Shown piece after piece: positions 24,814 through 32,000 of a stretch of DNA of 32,000 bases. The DNA is from Thermosulfurimonas dismutans (lineage in GTDB: Bacteria; Desulfobacterota; Thermodesulfobacteria; Thermodesulfobacteriales; Thermodesulfobacteriaceae): assembly GCF_001652585.1 (NCBI RefSeq), contig NZ_LWLG01000002.1:150001-182000 (forward strand). Direction: 5' to 3'. Each line of letters begins with the position of its first letter. Positions within the stretch are counted from its first letter, which is position 1. The translations under genes and the position numbers were made by a program. Below the pieces are notes generated by a model. The model was not told the origin of the DNA, did no database searches, and saw only the letters and a list, made by a program, of their open reading frames with translations.

Positions 24814-27216
24814 CTACATTTTATGACCTACCACATAGGGTCTGAGCGGTTTGGGGCCGGATACCTTCCGAATTCGGCAGGCACAGATCTTGAATTCCGG
24901 TTCTTTCGAGCCAGGATCGAAGGCGTCTTTGGTAACCCGATTGGCCATACGCTCTTCATGCATATCATGCCAGTAAATGAACACCATGCCCTCAATCGGC
25001 CCCTCATAAACCTTTGCCGGAAGCACGATCTTGCCACGGCGGGTTTCAATTTCGACCATGTCGTTGGGATTAATACCCAGCCTTCTGGCGTCCTTGGGAT
25101 TGATCTCTACGTAAGCATAAGGGTTGGCCCGTAAGAGTTCCGGAATACGGCCAGTCATACTGCTGGTGTGCCAGTGATCAATAACCCGTCCGGTGGACAG
25201 GAAGAACGGATATTCAGCATCCGGCTCCTCAGCCGCACCCTTGTAAGGCCTAAGCCAGATATAGAGTTTGTGATCCTTGTGGGCCGGACCATAAAAGACA
25301 TAAGGATCATCGCCCTTAGCATGCTTGTCTGCCAGAGGATCGATACCCCTGACGAACTTTTTATAGGTTCCTCCCTTGAGGGCGTGTTCCTTAGTAGGCG
25401 CCGGCCATTGCACCCCGTCCGGACGCTGTTTAAGCACCTCATAGGTGACTGCGGAAAGGTCATTGTCCCGACCTTTAGTTAGTTTCTGACTGTATTCTTC
25501 CCAAATGGCCTTCGGAAGTTCATACCCCTCCTCAAGGCCTATAAAGGGTTCTACACACTTCTTAATCACAGGGTCGTTAAGTTCCTTGGCCAGCCGAAGA
25601 GCCCACTCCCTTACGATCCAGACCTCGGGCTTGGCCTCTCCGGGAGGATCTATCACTTTGACCGTAAGCTGTGAACGACGCTCGGTGCATCCGTAAACAC
25701 CGGTCTTTTCAAAATGAAACGCTGTAGGGAGAACCAAATTGGCAACTTCCGTGGTCTTGGTAGGGAAGATGTCTGTAACCACTATAAAAACATCATCGCG
25801 CCGAAGACCTTTACGATAGAAATCACAATTAGGAAGACTCTGGGCCGGACTAGTACAGTTGATCCACATAGCCTTGATTTTGCCCTCATTCACCGCCCGG
25901 AACATGGCAATGGTATGATATCCAGGCTTGGCCGGAATACGACCACGGGGTACACCCCAGAGATCCTCTACCTCGTGACGAAGTTTATCGATCTTAACCG
26001 GTCGGTGAGCTGGAAGGATATGACAAAGTCCGCCCCCTTCACGCACACCTCCACAGGCATTGGGCTGCCCAGTAAGAGAGAAACTGTCCGCTCCAGGTTT
26101 ACACAACTGCCCGGTTAAAAGATGGAGGTTGTGAATCAGATTGTTGGCCCATACTCCTCGGACACGCTGATTGATCCCCATGGTCCAAAGAGACATAGTA
26201 GCCTTGGACTTGGCAAACCAGCGGGCCGCAGTGCGAATCTTTTCCGGAGTAATGTTTCCACCACAAATCTCAGCCGCCCTTTCCGGGGTGTACTGTTTCA
26301 GAAATTCCTTGTATTCCTCAAAGGATACATCTTTGGGAGGTTTACCTAATTTAAATTTGCAATACTTTTTAATAAAGGTTTCATCGTAAAGCCCTTCCTC
26401 AACAATCACGTAGGCCATAGCATTTAGAAGAGCCAAATCCGTCCCCGGACGGAACTGGAGATGGAGGTCCGCAATTCGGGAAGTAGGCGAAACCCGTGGA
26501 TCGGCGTTGATGACCTTGACCTCGTCGGGCTTGGATAACTTGCGGTTCATCACCCGCCGGAAGAGAACAGGATGACACTCCGCCATGTTGCTTCCAATGA
26601 TGAAGAAACAATAGGCCTTCTCGATGTCGGCGTAAGATCCGATAGGTTCATCGGCCCCGAAAGAAGTTAGGTAACCTCCAACGGCACTGGCCATGCAAAG
26701 CCGGGGATTACCCTCTACGTTGTTAGTCCTTAGACCGGCACGCATCACCTTTTGAAAGATATAGGTTTCCTCCGTGAGGGCCTGACCGGAACCGTAATAA
26801 GCTACCGAATTGGGACCGTGGTTTTTGACGGCTTCGGCAAACTTTTTAGCAGCAATATCTAAGGCCTCTTCCCAAGAGATTTCACGAAAGGGTTGATCCT
26901 TGCGCTCACGATAGAGAGGTTTCTTGAGTCTTTCAGGATGGTGAATTATTTTATAAAAAAGCATACCTTTCATGCAAACATAACCTTTATTGGTTGCAGA
27001 CTCGGGGATACCTTTAATAGCTACAGGTTTTCCTCCCTTGAGACCTAAGTAAACCCGGCACCCTACTCCGCAAAAACGGCACACACCGGGTTTCCAACTA
27101 TCTACATCCGCAGCCTGGGCTGCGTCTTTCATGCTTTTAGGAAGCTCTATACCAACCAGGGAAGCCGCTGTTAATGCGGCCGTCCTTTTAATAAATTGTC
27201 TTCTACTAAGCTTCAT
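24814..27216 (-). CDS. napA: Periplasmic nitrate reductase catalytic subunit NapA (Mo-bisMGD, [4Fe-4S], Tat signal)
   Basis: 800 aa with the Tat leader MKLSRRQFIKRTAALTAAS. The N-terminal FeS motif is CRFCGVGCRVYLGLKGGKPVAIKG. It has molybdopterin oxidoreductase architecture and is followed by napD, napG and napH. Confidence 0.9.
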   Translation of the reverse strand: MKLSRRQFIKRTAALTAASLVGIELPKSMKDAAQAADVDSWKPGVCRFCGVGCRVYLGLKGGKPVAIKGIPESATNKGYVCMKGMLFYKIIHHPERLKKPLYRERKDQPFREISWEEALDIAAKKFAEAVKNHGPNSVAYYGSGQALTEETYIFQKVMRAGLRTNNVEGNPRLCMASAVGGYLTSFGADEPIGSYADIEKAYCFFIIGSNMAECHPVLFRRVMNRKLSKPDEVKVINADPRVSPTSRIADLHLQFRPGTDLALLNAMAYVIVEEGLYDETFIKKYCKFKLGKPPKDVSFEEYKEFLKQYTPERAAEICGGNITPEKIRTAARWFAKSKATMSLWTMGINQRVRGVWANNLIHNLHLLTGQLCKPGADSFSLTGQPNACGGVREGGGLCHILPAHRPVKIDKLRHEVEDLWGVPRGRIPAKPGYHTIAMFRAVNEGKIKAMWINCTSPAQSLPNCDFYRKGLRRDDVFIVVTDIFPTKTTEVANLVLPTAFHFEKTGVYGCTERRSQLTVKVIDPPGEAKPEVWIVREWALRLAKELNDPVIKKCVEPFIGLEEGYELPKAIWEEYSQKLTKGRDNDLSAVTYEVLKQRPDGVQWPAPTKEHALKGGTYKKFVRGIDPLADKHAKGDDPYVFYGPAHKDHKLYIWLRPYKGAAEEPDAEYPFFLSTGRVIDHWHTSSMTGRIPELLRANPYAYVEINPKDARRLGINPNDMVEIETRRGKIVLPAKVYEGPIEGMVFIYWHDMHEERMANRVTKDAFDPGSKEPEFKICACRIRKVSGPKPLRPYVVGHKM

Positions 27217-27237
27217 AAAACACCTCCTTACGATGAA

Positions 27238-27612
27238 TTATTCAGCATGCTTTTTGAAAAAATGGGGACTATGGCACTCCCAACAAGCTTTATCCTTAGG
27301 ACAATTGTCGTAGGCATTGGAATGACAGGTACGACAAGTCTCCCGAGTAGGCTCATGAAAGGTCTCAAAGGTTCCATGACACTGGAAACATTTGACCATA
27401 GCAAGACCATGACGAGACTTAAACCATTCTTCATAAACCTCAGGGGTAGCCTCCTTGTGGCATTCACTACAGGCGATCAACTTTTCATCCTCCGAGAGCT
27501 CAGGATGAGCAACCGCTGGCTTTTCCGCAGAAGGTGCCGGCGCTTTCTGAGGAGCACAGGCAAAAACAAGAGCCGTTAAACCTAACAAAAGTATCCCCAA
27601 CCTTGTCTTCAT
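27238..27612 (-). CDS. napM: Small tetrahaem c-type cytochrome, probable lipoprotein (NapM-like)
   Basis: It has four CXXCH motifs (CSECH, CFQCH, CRTCH, CWECH) in a mature protein of about 105 aa. The signal ends in LVFAC. I chose the ATG at 27612, preceded by AAGGAGGG. It lies 21 nt upstream of napA. Confidence 0.7.
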   Translation of the reverse strand: MKTRLGILLLGLTALVFACAPQKAPAPSAEKPAVAHPELSEDEKLIACSECHKEATPEVYEEWFKSRHGLAMVKCFQCHGTFETFHEPTRETCRTCHSNAYDNCPKDKACWECHSPHFFKKHAE

Positions 27613-27640
27613 CACTACCCTCCTTAAAAAAGAAGATTTA

Positions 27641-27663
27641 GGGGGAGGCAAAATACCTCCCCC
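27641..27663 (-). terminator. GC-rich hairpin with a U-rich tail between the porin gene and napM (weak or partial terminator)
   Basis: The minus strand reads GGGGGAGG-TATTTTG-CCTCCCCC followed by TAAATCTTCTTTTTT. It sits 12 nt after the porin stop. Confidence 0.4.
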
Positions 27664-27675
27664 CTGTCAATTAGC

Positions 27676-29160
27676 TTAGAAAGTGAAACGCAGTTCGGCG
27701 TAGAAGAAAGTTAGATCCTCGTCTTTGGCGTAATTATCCTCGACAACATCATCCCCCCAGATATGGCTGAGATAGAAATCAAGCCCGACCTTAACACCAT
27801 TGTATTGATAAATGTCCTTAATAAATACCGAGAGATCCCACATGGTAAGAAGATCGTCGCTCTTTCCAAGGTGAGCTCCCTTGGTGGCGTAACTCAGCAC
27901 ATCGGGACGCATCATACCGGAGCCGAGGTACCAGTAGTCTTCCTTTTCGGTAAGATCCACAAAGTGGACATCCGAACGCACCACCACCTTCTTATGGGGT
28001 TTGAGAATAACCTGAGCCATCCAGTAATTGGTGTTCATAAAGGTGTAAGAGGGGGTAAGGGAGTATATCCTCAAAGTGGGAATCATCATGAAGAAGGTCT
28101 CATGATCGCCATCATTAGGATCATCGTCGCCAGTACCATAGAAATAACCCACACGGAACCAGGGCTGCCAGGGGAGATTCTTAAACTTGTAACCGGCCTC
28201 AATGGCTATGGCATAAGCATCATGATCCAAAGTAGGATTGCGTCCCCAAACTCCCCACTGGTAGCCTCCCCAGAGGAGGAAGTCGGCAGTGCCAGGCCCA
28301 ATATCATAGGCATAGATAAGATGACCTCCGATCATATTGACTTCACAATCACCAAGGCCGTCTCCACCGGCAAGCTTCCTCTCATCGTTGTAGTAGTAAT
28401 AGAAAACCTGAGCATCCAGGTTGGGAATATAAGGATTGGTGTCTTTAAGGCTCAGGACCGCAGTAATAATGTCAATGTCGTGAGTGGACTCCCCGTTCAT
28501 TTCTGGATCATCCCGACGGAGATAAAAACCACCCGGAGTGGGATGCATGTAAGAGATGGTAAGATTCCAAGGATTAAAATCGTAAGAGAGCACACCACCG
28601 TCAAAAGCCCGGCCCACACGCGACCAATCAAAGGGACCGATCATGCGCTGAGAAACGCGAACCTTTTTCACCCACTTGAGGGTTCCATTTTTGGGAAGAC
28701 CACCTTCTAAGCCAGATAGATAGAAGAAACGTCCGAGCTTGACACTTAGGCCCGGAACCATTGGCGGTTTAACCCGGACCCAGGCCTGAGAAATGGCCCC
28801 ATAACCAATATCCGTAGCCTTATTCGGATCCGTACCAAAAGCACCATTGAATTGATAATAAAGCGCCCCCAATCCGAACTGCCCATCATCAGGAAGATTA
28901 AAGAATTGGGTCCAATGTAACTGCGCGTAAGCATCCACTACCGAAGAAGTAAAACCGGCACCGAAACGCATCTTGCTCGAAACGAAGGAATAATCCTCAT
29001 CTTTTCCCGCAGCACCACTATCGAAAGTCTCCCAGTACTCATACCTGATCTCTTCCTTAAAATCCAACCTAGCTTTAATCTTGCCCTCGACCGTATAGGC
29101 CAGGGCCCCAGAGACCCAAACAAGAAATCCTACCAATGCCAACCATGTCCATCTCTTCAT
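27676..29160 (-). CDS. Outer-membrane beta-barrel protein (porin-like; possibly of the alginate-export/AlgE-like or anion-porin type)
   Basis: 494 aa with the signal peptide WLALVGFLVWVSGALA. It shows an alternating amphipathic beta-strand pattern rich in Y/G/W/D. The C-terminal OMP signature AELRFTF ends in Phe. Confidence 0.7.
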   Translation of the reverse strand: MKRWTWLALVGFLVWVSGALAYTVEGKIKARLDFKEEIRYEYWETFDSGAAGKDEDYSFVSSKMRFGAGFTSSVVDAYAQLHWTQFFNLPDDGQFGLGALYYQFNGAFGTDPNKATDIGYGAISQAWVRVKPPMVPGLSVKLGRFFYLSGLEGGLPKNGTLKWVKKVRVSQRMIGPFDWSRVGRAFDGGVLSYDFNPWNLTISYMHPTPGGFYLRRDDPEMNGESTHDIDIITAVLSLKDTNPYIPNLDAQVFYYYYNDERKLAGGDGLGDCEVNMIGGHLIYAYDIGPGTADFLLWGGYQWGVWGRNPTLDHDAYAIAIEAGYKFKNLPWQPWFRVGYFYGTGDDDPNDGDHETFFMMIPTLRIYSLTPSYTFMNTNYWMAQVILKPHKKVVVRSDVHFVDLTEKEDYWYLGSGMMRPDVLSYATKGAHLGKSDDLLTMWDLSVFIKDIYQYNGVKVGLDFYLSHIWGDDVVEDNYAKDEDLTFFYAELRFTF

Positions 29161-29191
29161 GACTTAAACCTCCTTATTTTTTTAATTTTTT

Positions 29192-29764
29192 CTAAAGCCA
29201 TGCCTGCATAATTTTGCGAATTAACAAAGGAGAATAAAAAGTGACGTAAACCTTAGCTCGGGCCTTGGGATCTTTCTGATTAGCAAACTCTACTATTTTG
29301 TGGTCGCAATACAGCTTTACTATAGCCAAAATTTTGGGCTCTTCGCCCTTTTCAACTATACGGTTGAAGGTTTCTGAGGAAATTTTTCCCTTGGGAGAAA
29401 AATACCAGAAGAGTATCTTGTCATGGGCCTCAAAAGTGGGCTCCCCCAAAAGCCCCATAAGTTCCCCCACCAACCTCTGCAACTCTTGGGGAGCGATACG
29501 TGGGAACTCATCATAAAGTGCTAAAATTCGCCGACTCTTCTCTTCTATCGCCACTACCAGAGAACCATTTTTAAATCGGAGGGTTCCCGGAAGAGCCCCT
29601 TTTAAAGGCCTAAGATCTTTCGCCCCCTCTAACTTGTCACCAAGACGAAAATCTTTATAAACAAGATTCAACTGTTGAATCTTCTCTAAGTCGGAAGCCA
29701 GCACTACCGTTCCAAAAAACAAGCACAGGATCAGAACAAGTCCCACCGCCTCAAGAACTTTCAT
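29192..29764 (-). CDS. Hypothetical secreted/periplasmic protein, about 190 aa, no family recognised
   Basis: I chose the ATG at 29764 (MKVLEAVGLVLILCLFFGTVVLA signal), preceded by GGTAGAGGA. The ORF is clean and runs in the same direction as its neighbours. I recognise no motifs. Confidence 0.5.
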   Translation of the reverse strand: MKVLEAVGLVLILCLFFGTVVLASDLEKIQQLNLVYKDFRLGDKLEGAKDLRPLKGALPGTLRFKNGSLVVAIEEKSRRILALYDEFPRIAPQELQRLVGELMGLLGEPTFEAHDKILFWYFSPKGKISSETFNRIVEKGEEPKILAIVKLYCDHKIVEFANQKDPKARAKVYVTFYSPLLIRKIMQAWL

Positions 29765-29782
29765 TCCTCTACCCCGAATTAA

Positions 29783-29810
29783 AGCGGGGGAGGATATGCC
29801 CTCCCCCGCT
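29783..29810 (-). promoter_or_regulatory. GC-rich stem-loop 3' of the octahaem cytochrome gene
   Basis: An 11-bp perfect stem pairs AGCGGGGGAGG with CCTCCCCCGCT around a 6-nt loop. It lies 6 nt after the stop. Only a short TT follows, so it is not a canonical terminator. Confidence 0.45.
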
Positions 29811-29816
29811 TCACCT

Positions 29817-31451
29817 TTACTGACCCTTTCCATAGCGTTCTTTGTATTCCTCCTCTACCTGCTTCATGAGCGCTCCAAAACCCTTTATTCGCCAGCTATG
29901 CTCAGGAGTGTTCAGGATCTCATTGATGAGCTTCTGGTACTTCTCAAGTTTGCCGTGCTCCTTAGCCACCTCGAGGACCTCGGGGATGTACTCGTAGTAG
30001 AAGTGATTGGCAACTTCATAGAGCCCATGCCAGTGGGTGTAGTCCGGACCGAGCATAGCGGCTCCGTGACGGGCACGACGACCTTCATGATGCCAGATCT
30101 CAAACCAGATCCAACCCACCTTGGACATGAAGGGGGACTTGGGCACCAGACCGTCCTTGACCAGCTCGGAGAAGATGCGCTTGGCGGGCTTAGCAAACTT
30201 CTCGTTATAAGTGACCACCAGGGCATCAAACTGCTCATAGAAGTTATCCACTTGCTGCATGCTGTGACAGCTCTTACAGACCTCTTTCATCTCGGCCCGG
30301 CGCTCCTTCCAGCTGATCACCTCCTTCACCTGTTTCTTAGTCTTCACCTTCACTAGCTTGTCACCCTTGCGCACGTAGTCGTAGACCTGCACAAATTGCC
30401 CGGGAAGAGGCGGAATGTCTCCGGGAATGTCGTAAACCTTGCCGTCCGTAGTGATCACCCGGTTCAGCTTCACCGAGATCGGCGGACGTAGATTCCAAGA
30501 GATACGGTCTCCCACATTGTGGGTGTTTGGCGCGATAGAACCGTTGGATTTCACATAAGCCCCCATATGACAGGTAGAGCAGGTAGGAGCGAAGTGATAA
30601 TCCTTACCCAAGACCCAGCTACCGGTCTTAAGGATGTTCATCCCCATAAGCCCCCGCTCTCTGACCGCAGAAAGATAAGCAATTCCGTGCTTGGATTCTT
30701 CATAAACCTCCTTCTGGGGATGATCCGGACCCAGGTGACACTTACCACAAGCAAAGGGCTGACGAGCCACACTCGCCCGAAAAGCGTGCTTGGAGTGACA
30801 GGCATTACATGAACCCTTAGTGCCGTCAGGATTGATCCGCCCCATACCACTGTTAGGCCAGGTGGAAGGATCAAACTGAGGCGCTCCAGTTTTATTGCGA
30901 ATAATGTTTCCTTTCTCGTCTTTCAGAACCTTGACCACCGATCCGTGACACTGCCAGCAAGCATTCTGAGCATCAGCCTTGGCCGCGTAAGCCGGAAGTC
31001 CCCACTTCTTCACCGACTCCGCCGGAGCACTACAGATCACCTCTCCAAGGATATTATCCAAGGATGCCATGATCTGTCCGGCCGTAGCATGATGGGAATT
31101 CTCAAACTCTTTAAATTCTCGGGAATGACAATAAGAGCAATCCTTGGGACTAATTAGGGTCTTAATAAAGGCCCCTTCGTGGTTATAACCCAAGGGATCC
31201 CCGGCATCAGCCGCGTGACAGGTGTAACAACCCACCGGGCCTTCTTTGGCTGCCGCATGGGGAGATTCCTGCCACTGAAACACCAAAGACTTGTTCTCCT
31301 TAAGGTGACACATCATACACTTCTTGTTCAATTCTTTAACTTTAGGATTAGTGACATCCTTAGAAAACTCCGTAGTAGCCCAACCAACTCCTCCCAACCA
31401 AAAAACACTTGCTACCATTACACCTAACAATCTCAAAAACCTCCATCTCAT
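29817..31451 (-). CDS. Octahaem c-type cytochrome of the hydroxylamine oxidoreductase (HAO) family, probable reductive type
   Basis: It has eight CXXCH motifs. The block CNACHSKHAFRASVARQPFACGKCHLGPDHPQKEVYEESKHG closely parallels the HAO core, and APTCSTCHM also matches. It has a Sec signal. I chose the ATG at 31451, preceded by GAGGAGGTG, over the TTG at 31466. Confidence 0.85.
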   Translation of the reverse strand: MRWRFLRLLGVMVASVFWLGGVGWATTEFSKDVTNPKVKELNKKCMMCHLKENKSLVFQWQESPHAAAKEGPVGCYTCHAADAGDPLGYNHEGAFIKTLISPKDCSYCHSREFKEFENSHHATAGQIMASLDNILGEVICSAPAESVKKWGLPAYAAKADAQNACWQCHGSVVKVLKDEKGNIIRNKTGAPQFDPSTWPNSGMGRINPDGTKGSCNACHSKHAFRASVARQPFACGKCHLGPDHPQKEVYEESKHGIAYLSAVRERGLMGMNILKTGSWVLGKDYHFAPTCSTCHMGAYVKSNGSIAPNTHNVGDRISWNLRPPISVKLNRVITTDGKVYDIPGDIPPLPGQFVQVYDYVRKGDKLVKVKTKKQVKEVISWKERRAEMKEVCKSCHSMQQVDNFYEQFDALVVTYNEKFAKPAKRIFSELVKDGLVPKSPFMSKVGWIWFEIWHHEGRRARHGAAMLGPDYTHWHGLYEVANHFYYEYIPEVLEVAKEHGKLEKYQKLINEILNTPEHSWRIKGFGALMKQVEEEYKERYGKGQ

Positions 31452-31466
31452 ACAGCACCTCCTCAA

Positions 31467-32000
31467 CTATTTTTTATAGGTTTTAACCTCTTCCGTTCCA
31501 AGCCATAATGGAAAAATTTTGGAAAGAACAAACAATATAATTATAGGGGCAATAAGAATAATAATGGTAGGCAAAATACCTTCTTTCTCGAAGAACTCGG
31601 GATGATAAAACACAAAGCCTCTACCACTCTTAGACATCATTTGACCACCCACTACCACATTCCAACGCATGCAGTAAACCTGAATAAGGAGCATAATTGA
31701 AGAAATCGCAGACAGATATTGCAAGGCCTTACCTCTCACATTTGCTAAAGATAATACTCCAAGAACTACCAGAGGAATGAACGAGAAAATAAAAACTTGC
31801 ATTACCCAAAAACTAACATAAAGAGGACCAAATAGCAGTTCATGCAAATGATGCCAACTTTCTTTCCTTAAATAGGCATGAACTCCGACTTCAAGAAGCT
31901 CAAAAACTACGTCGATAATAAGAAATCCCCACAAGTATTTTACCAAAGAAGAAAGACACTCTTCGTCTACAGCGCGACCTTTAACCCAGTGAACAAACAA
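31467..32000 (-). CDS. NrfD/PsrC-family polytopic membrane (quinol-interacting) subunit; C-terminal part only, the gene continues past the window edge
   Basis: It is open to the window end, so the apparent Met is an edge artefact (TTG). It has several TMs and MRWNVVVGGQ, which is typical of NrfD-like proteins. The stop lies 15 nt before the cytochrome ATG. Confidence 0.7.
   Translation of the reverse strand: MFVHWVKGRAVDEECLSSLVKYLWGFLIIDVVFELLEVGVHAYLRKESWHHLHELLFGPLYVSFWVMQVFIFSFIPLVVLGVLSLANVRGKALQYLSAISSIMLLIQVYCMRWNVVVGGQMMSKSGRGFVFYHPEFFEKEGILPTIIILIAPIIILFVLSKIFPLWLGTEEVKTYKK

Noticed and set aside
27763-28710. A 315-aa ORF on the plus strand, antisense to the porin gene.
   Set aside because: It lies entirely inside the better-supported minus-strand OMP gene, which has a signal peptide, beta-barrel periodicity and a C-terminal Phe. 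It has no SD and its composition is low-complexity and odd (IIRIIV, VVVVIE). It is a typical shadow ORF.
29796-30356. A 186-aa plus-strand ORF (and the nested 108-aa minus-frame ORF at 29912-30238) overlapping the octahaem cytochrome gene.
   Set aside because: These are shadow ORFs within a gene that has eight in-frame CXXCH motifs and HAO-family blocks. The products are Leu/His-rich and low-complexity, and no ribosome-binding site is present.
29817-31451. Alternative identity of the octahaem protein as an MccA-type sulfite reductase. MccA is also paired with NrfD/NrfC-like subunits.
   Set aside because: All eight motifs are standard CXXCH, and I see no long CX15CH-type motif. The size is about 545 aa, against about 700 for MccA. 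The core and C-terminal blocks parallel HAO. This still deserves a formal HMM or phylogeny check.

Overview
This looks like a compact bacterial chromosome from an anaerobe, probably a thermophile. The gene content and the napMADGH layout resemble Thermodesulfobacteriota or deltaproteobacterial lineages, but that taxon call is inference only. Genes are tightly packed, with many overlapping or abutting stops and starts.

Positions 1-17.8 kb are housekeeping: tgt (5' truncated), yajC, trmFO, lepA, lepB, a solitary tolB-like gene, DAHP synthase, a class I glutamine amidotransferase, rsmA, tsaD, radC, an ispH fusion, tadA and tRNA-Ser(CGA). An AT-rich pilMNOPQ type IV pilus operon interrupts this block.

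Positions 17.8-32 kb form an anaerobic energy-metabolism island:
- An orphan Ni-CODH gene (cooS) is followed by a PAS-LytTR single-component regulator resembling RcoM.
- Next comes a two-component system whose kinase has a periplasmic CXXCH (c-haem) sensor domain.
- A long minus-strand supercluster follows: NrfD-like membrane subunit (partial), HAO-family octahaem cytochrome, hypothetical secreted protein, 494-aa beta-barrel outer-membrane protein, then napM-napA-napD-napG-napH.

The most interesting candidate is the NrfD-like / HAO-type octahaem / unknown periplasmic protein / porin module fused to a NapB- and NapC-less nap operon. It may be a non-canonical nitrate-to-ammonium respiratory system with no NrfA in view. 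Other notable items are an IspH fusion to a UbiA-like membrane domain with a degenerate first Asp-rich motif, strong GC-rich hairpins plus a canonical terminator punctuating the nap/hao cluster, and a marked GC mosaic. I found no CRISPR arrays, transposases or rRNA genes. All family assignments come from reading the translated ORFs by eye. No database search was run.
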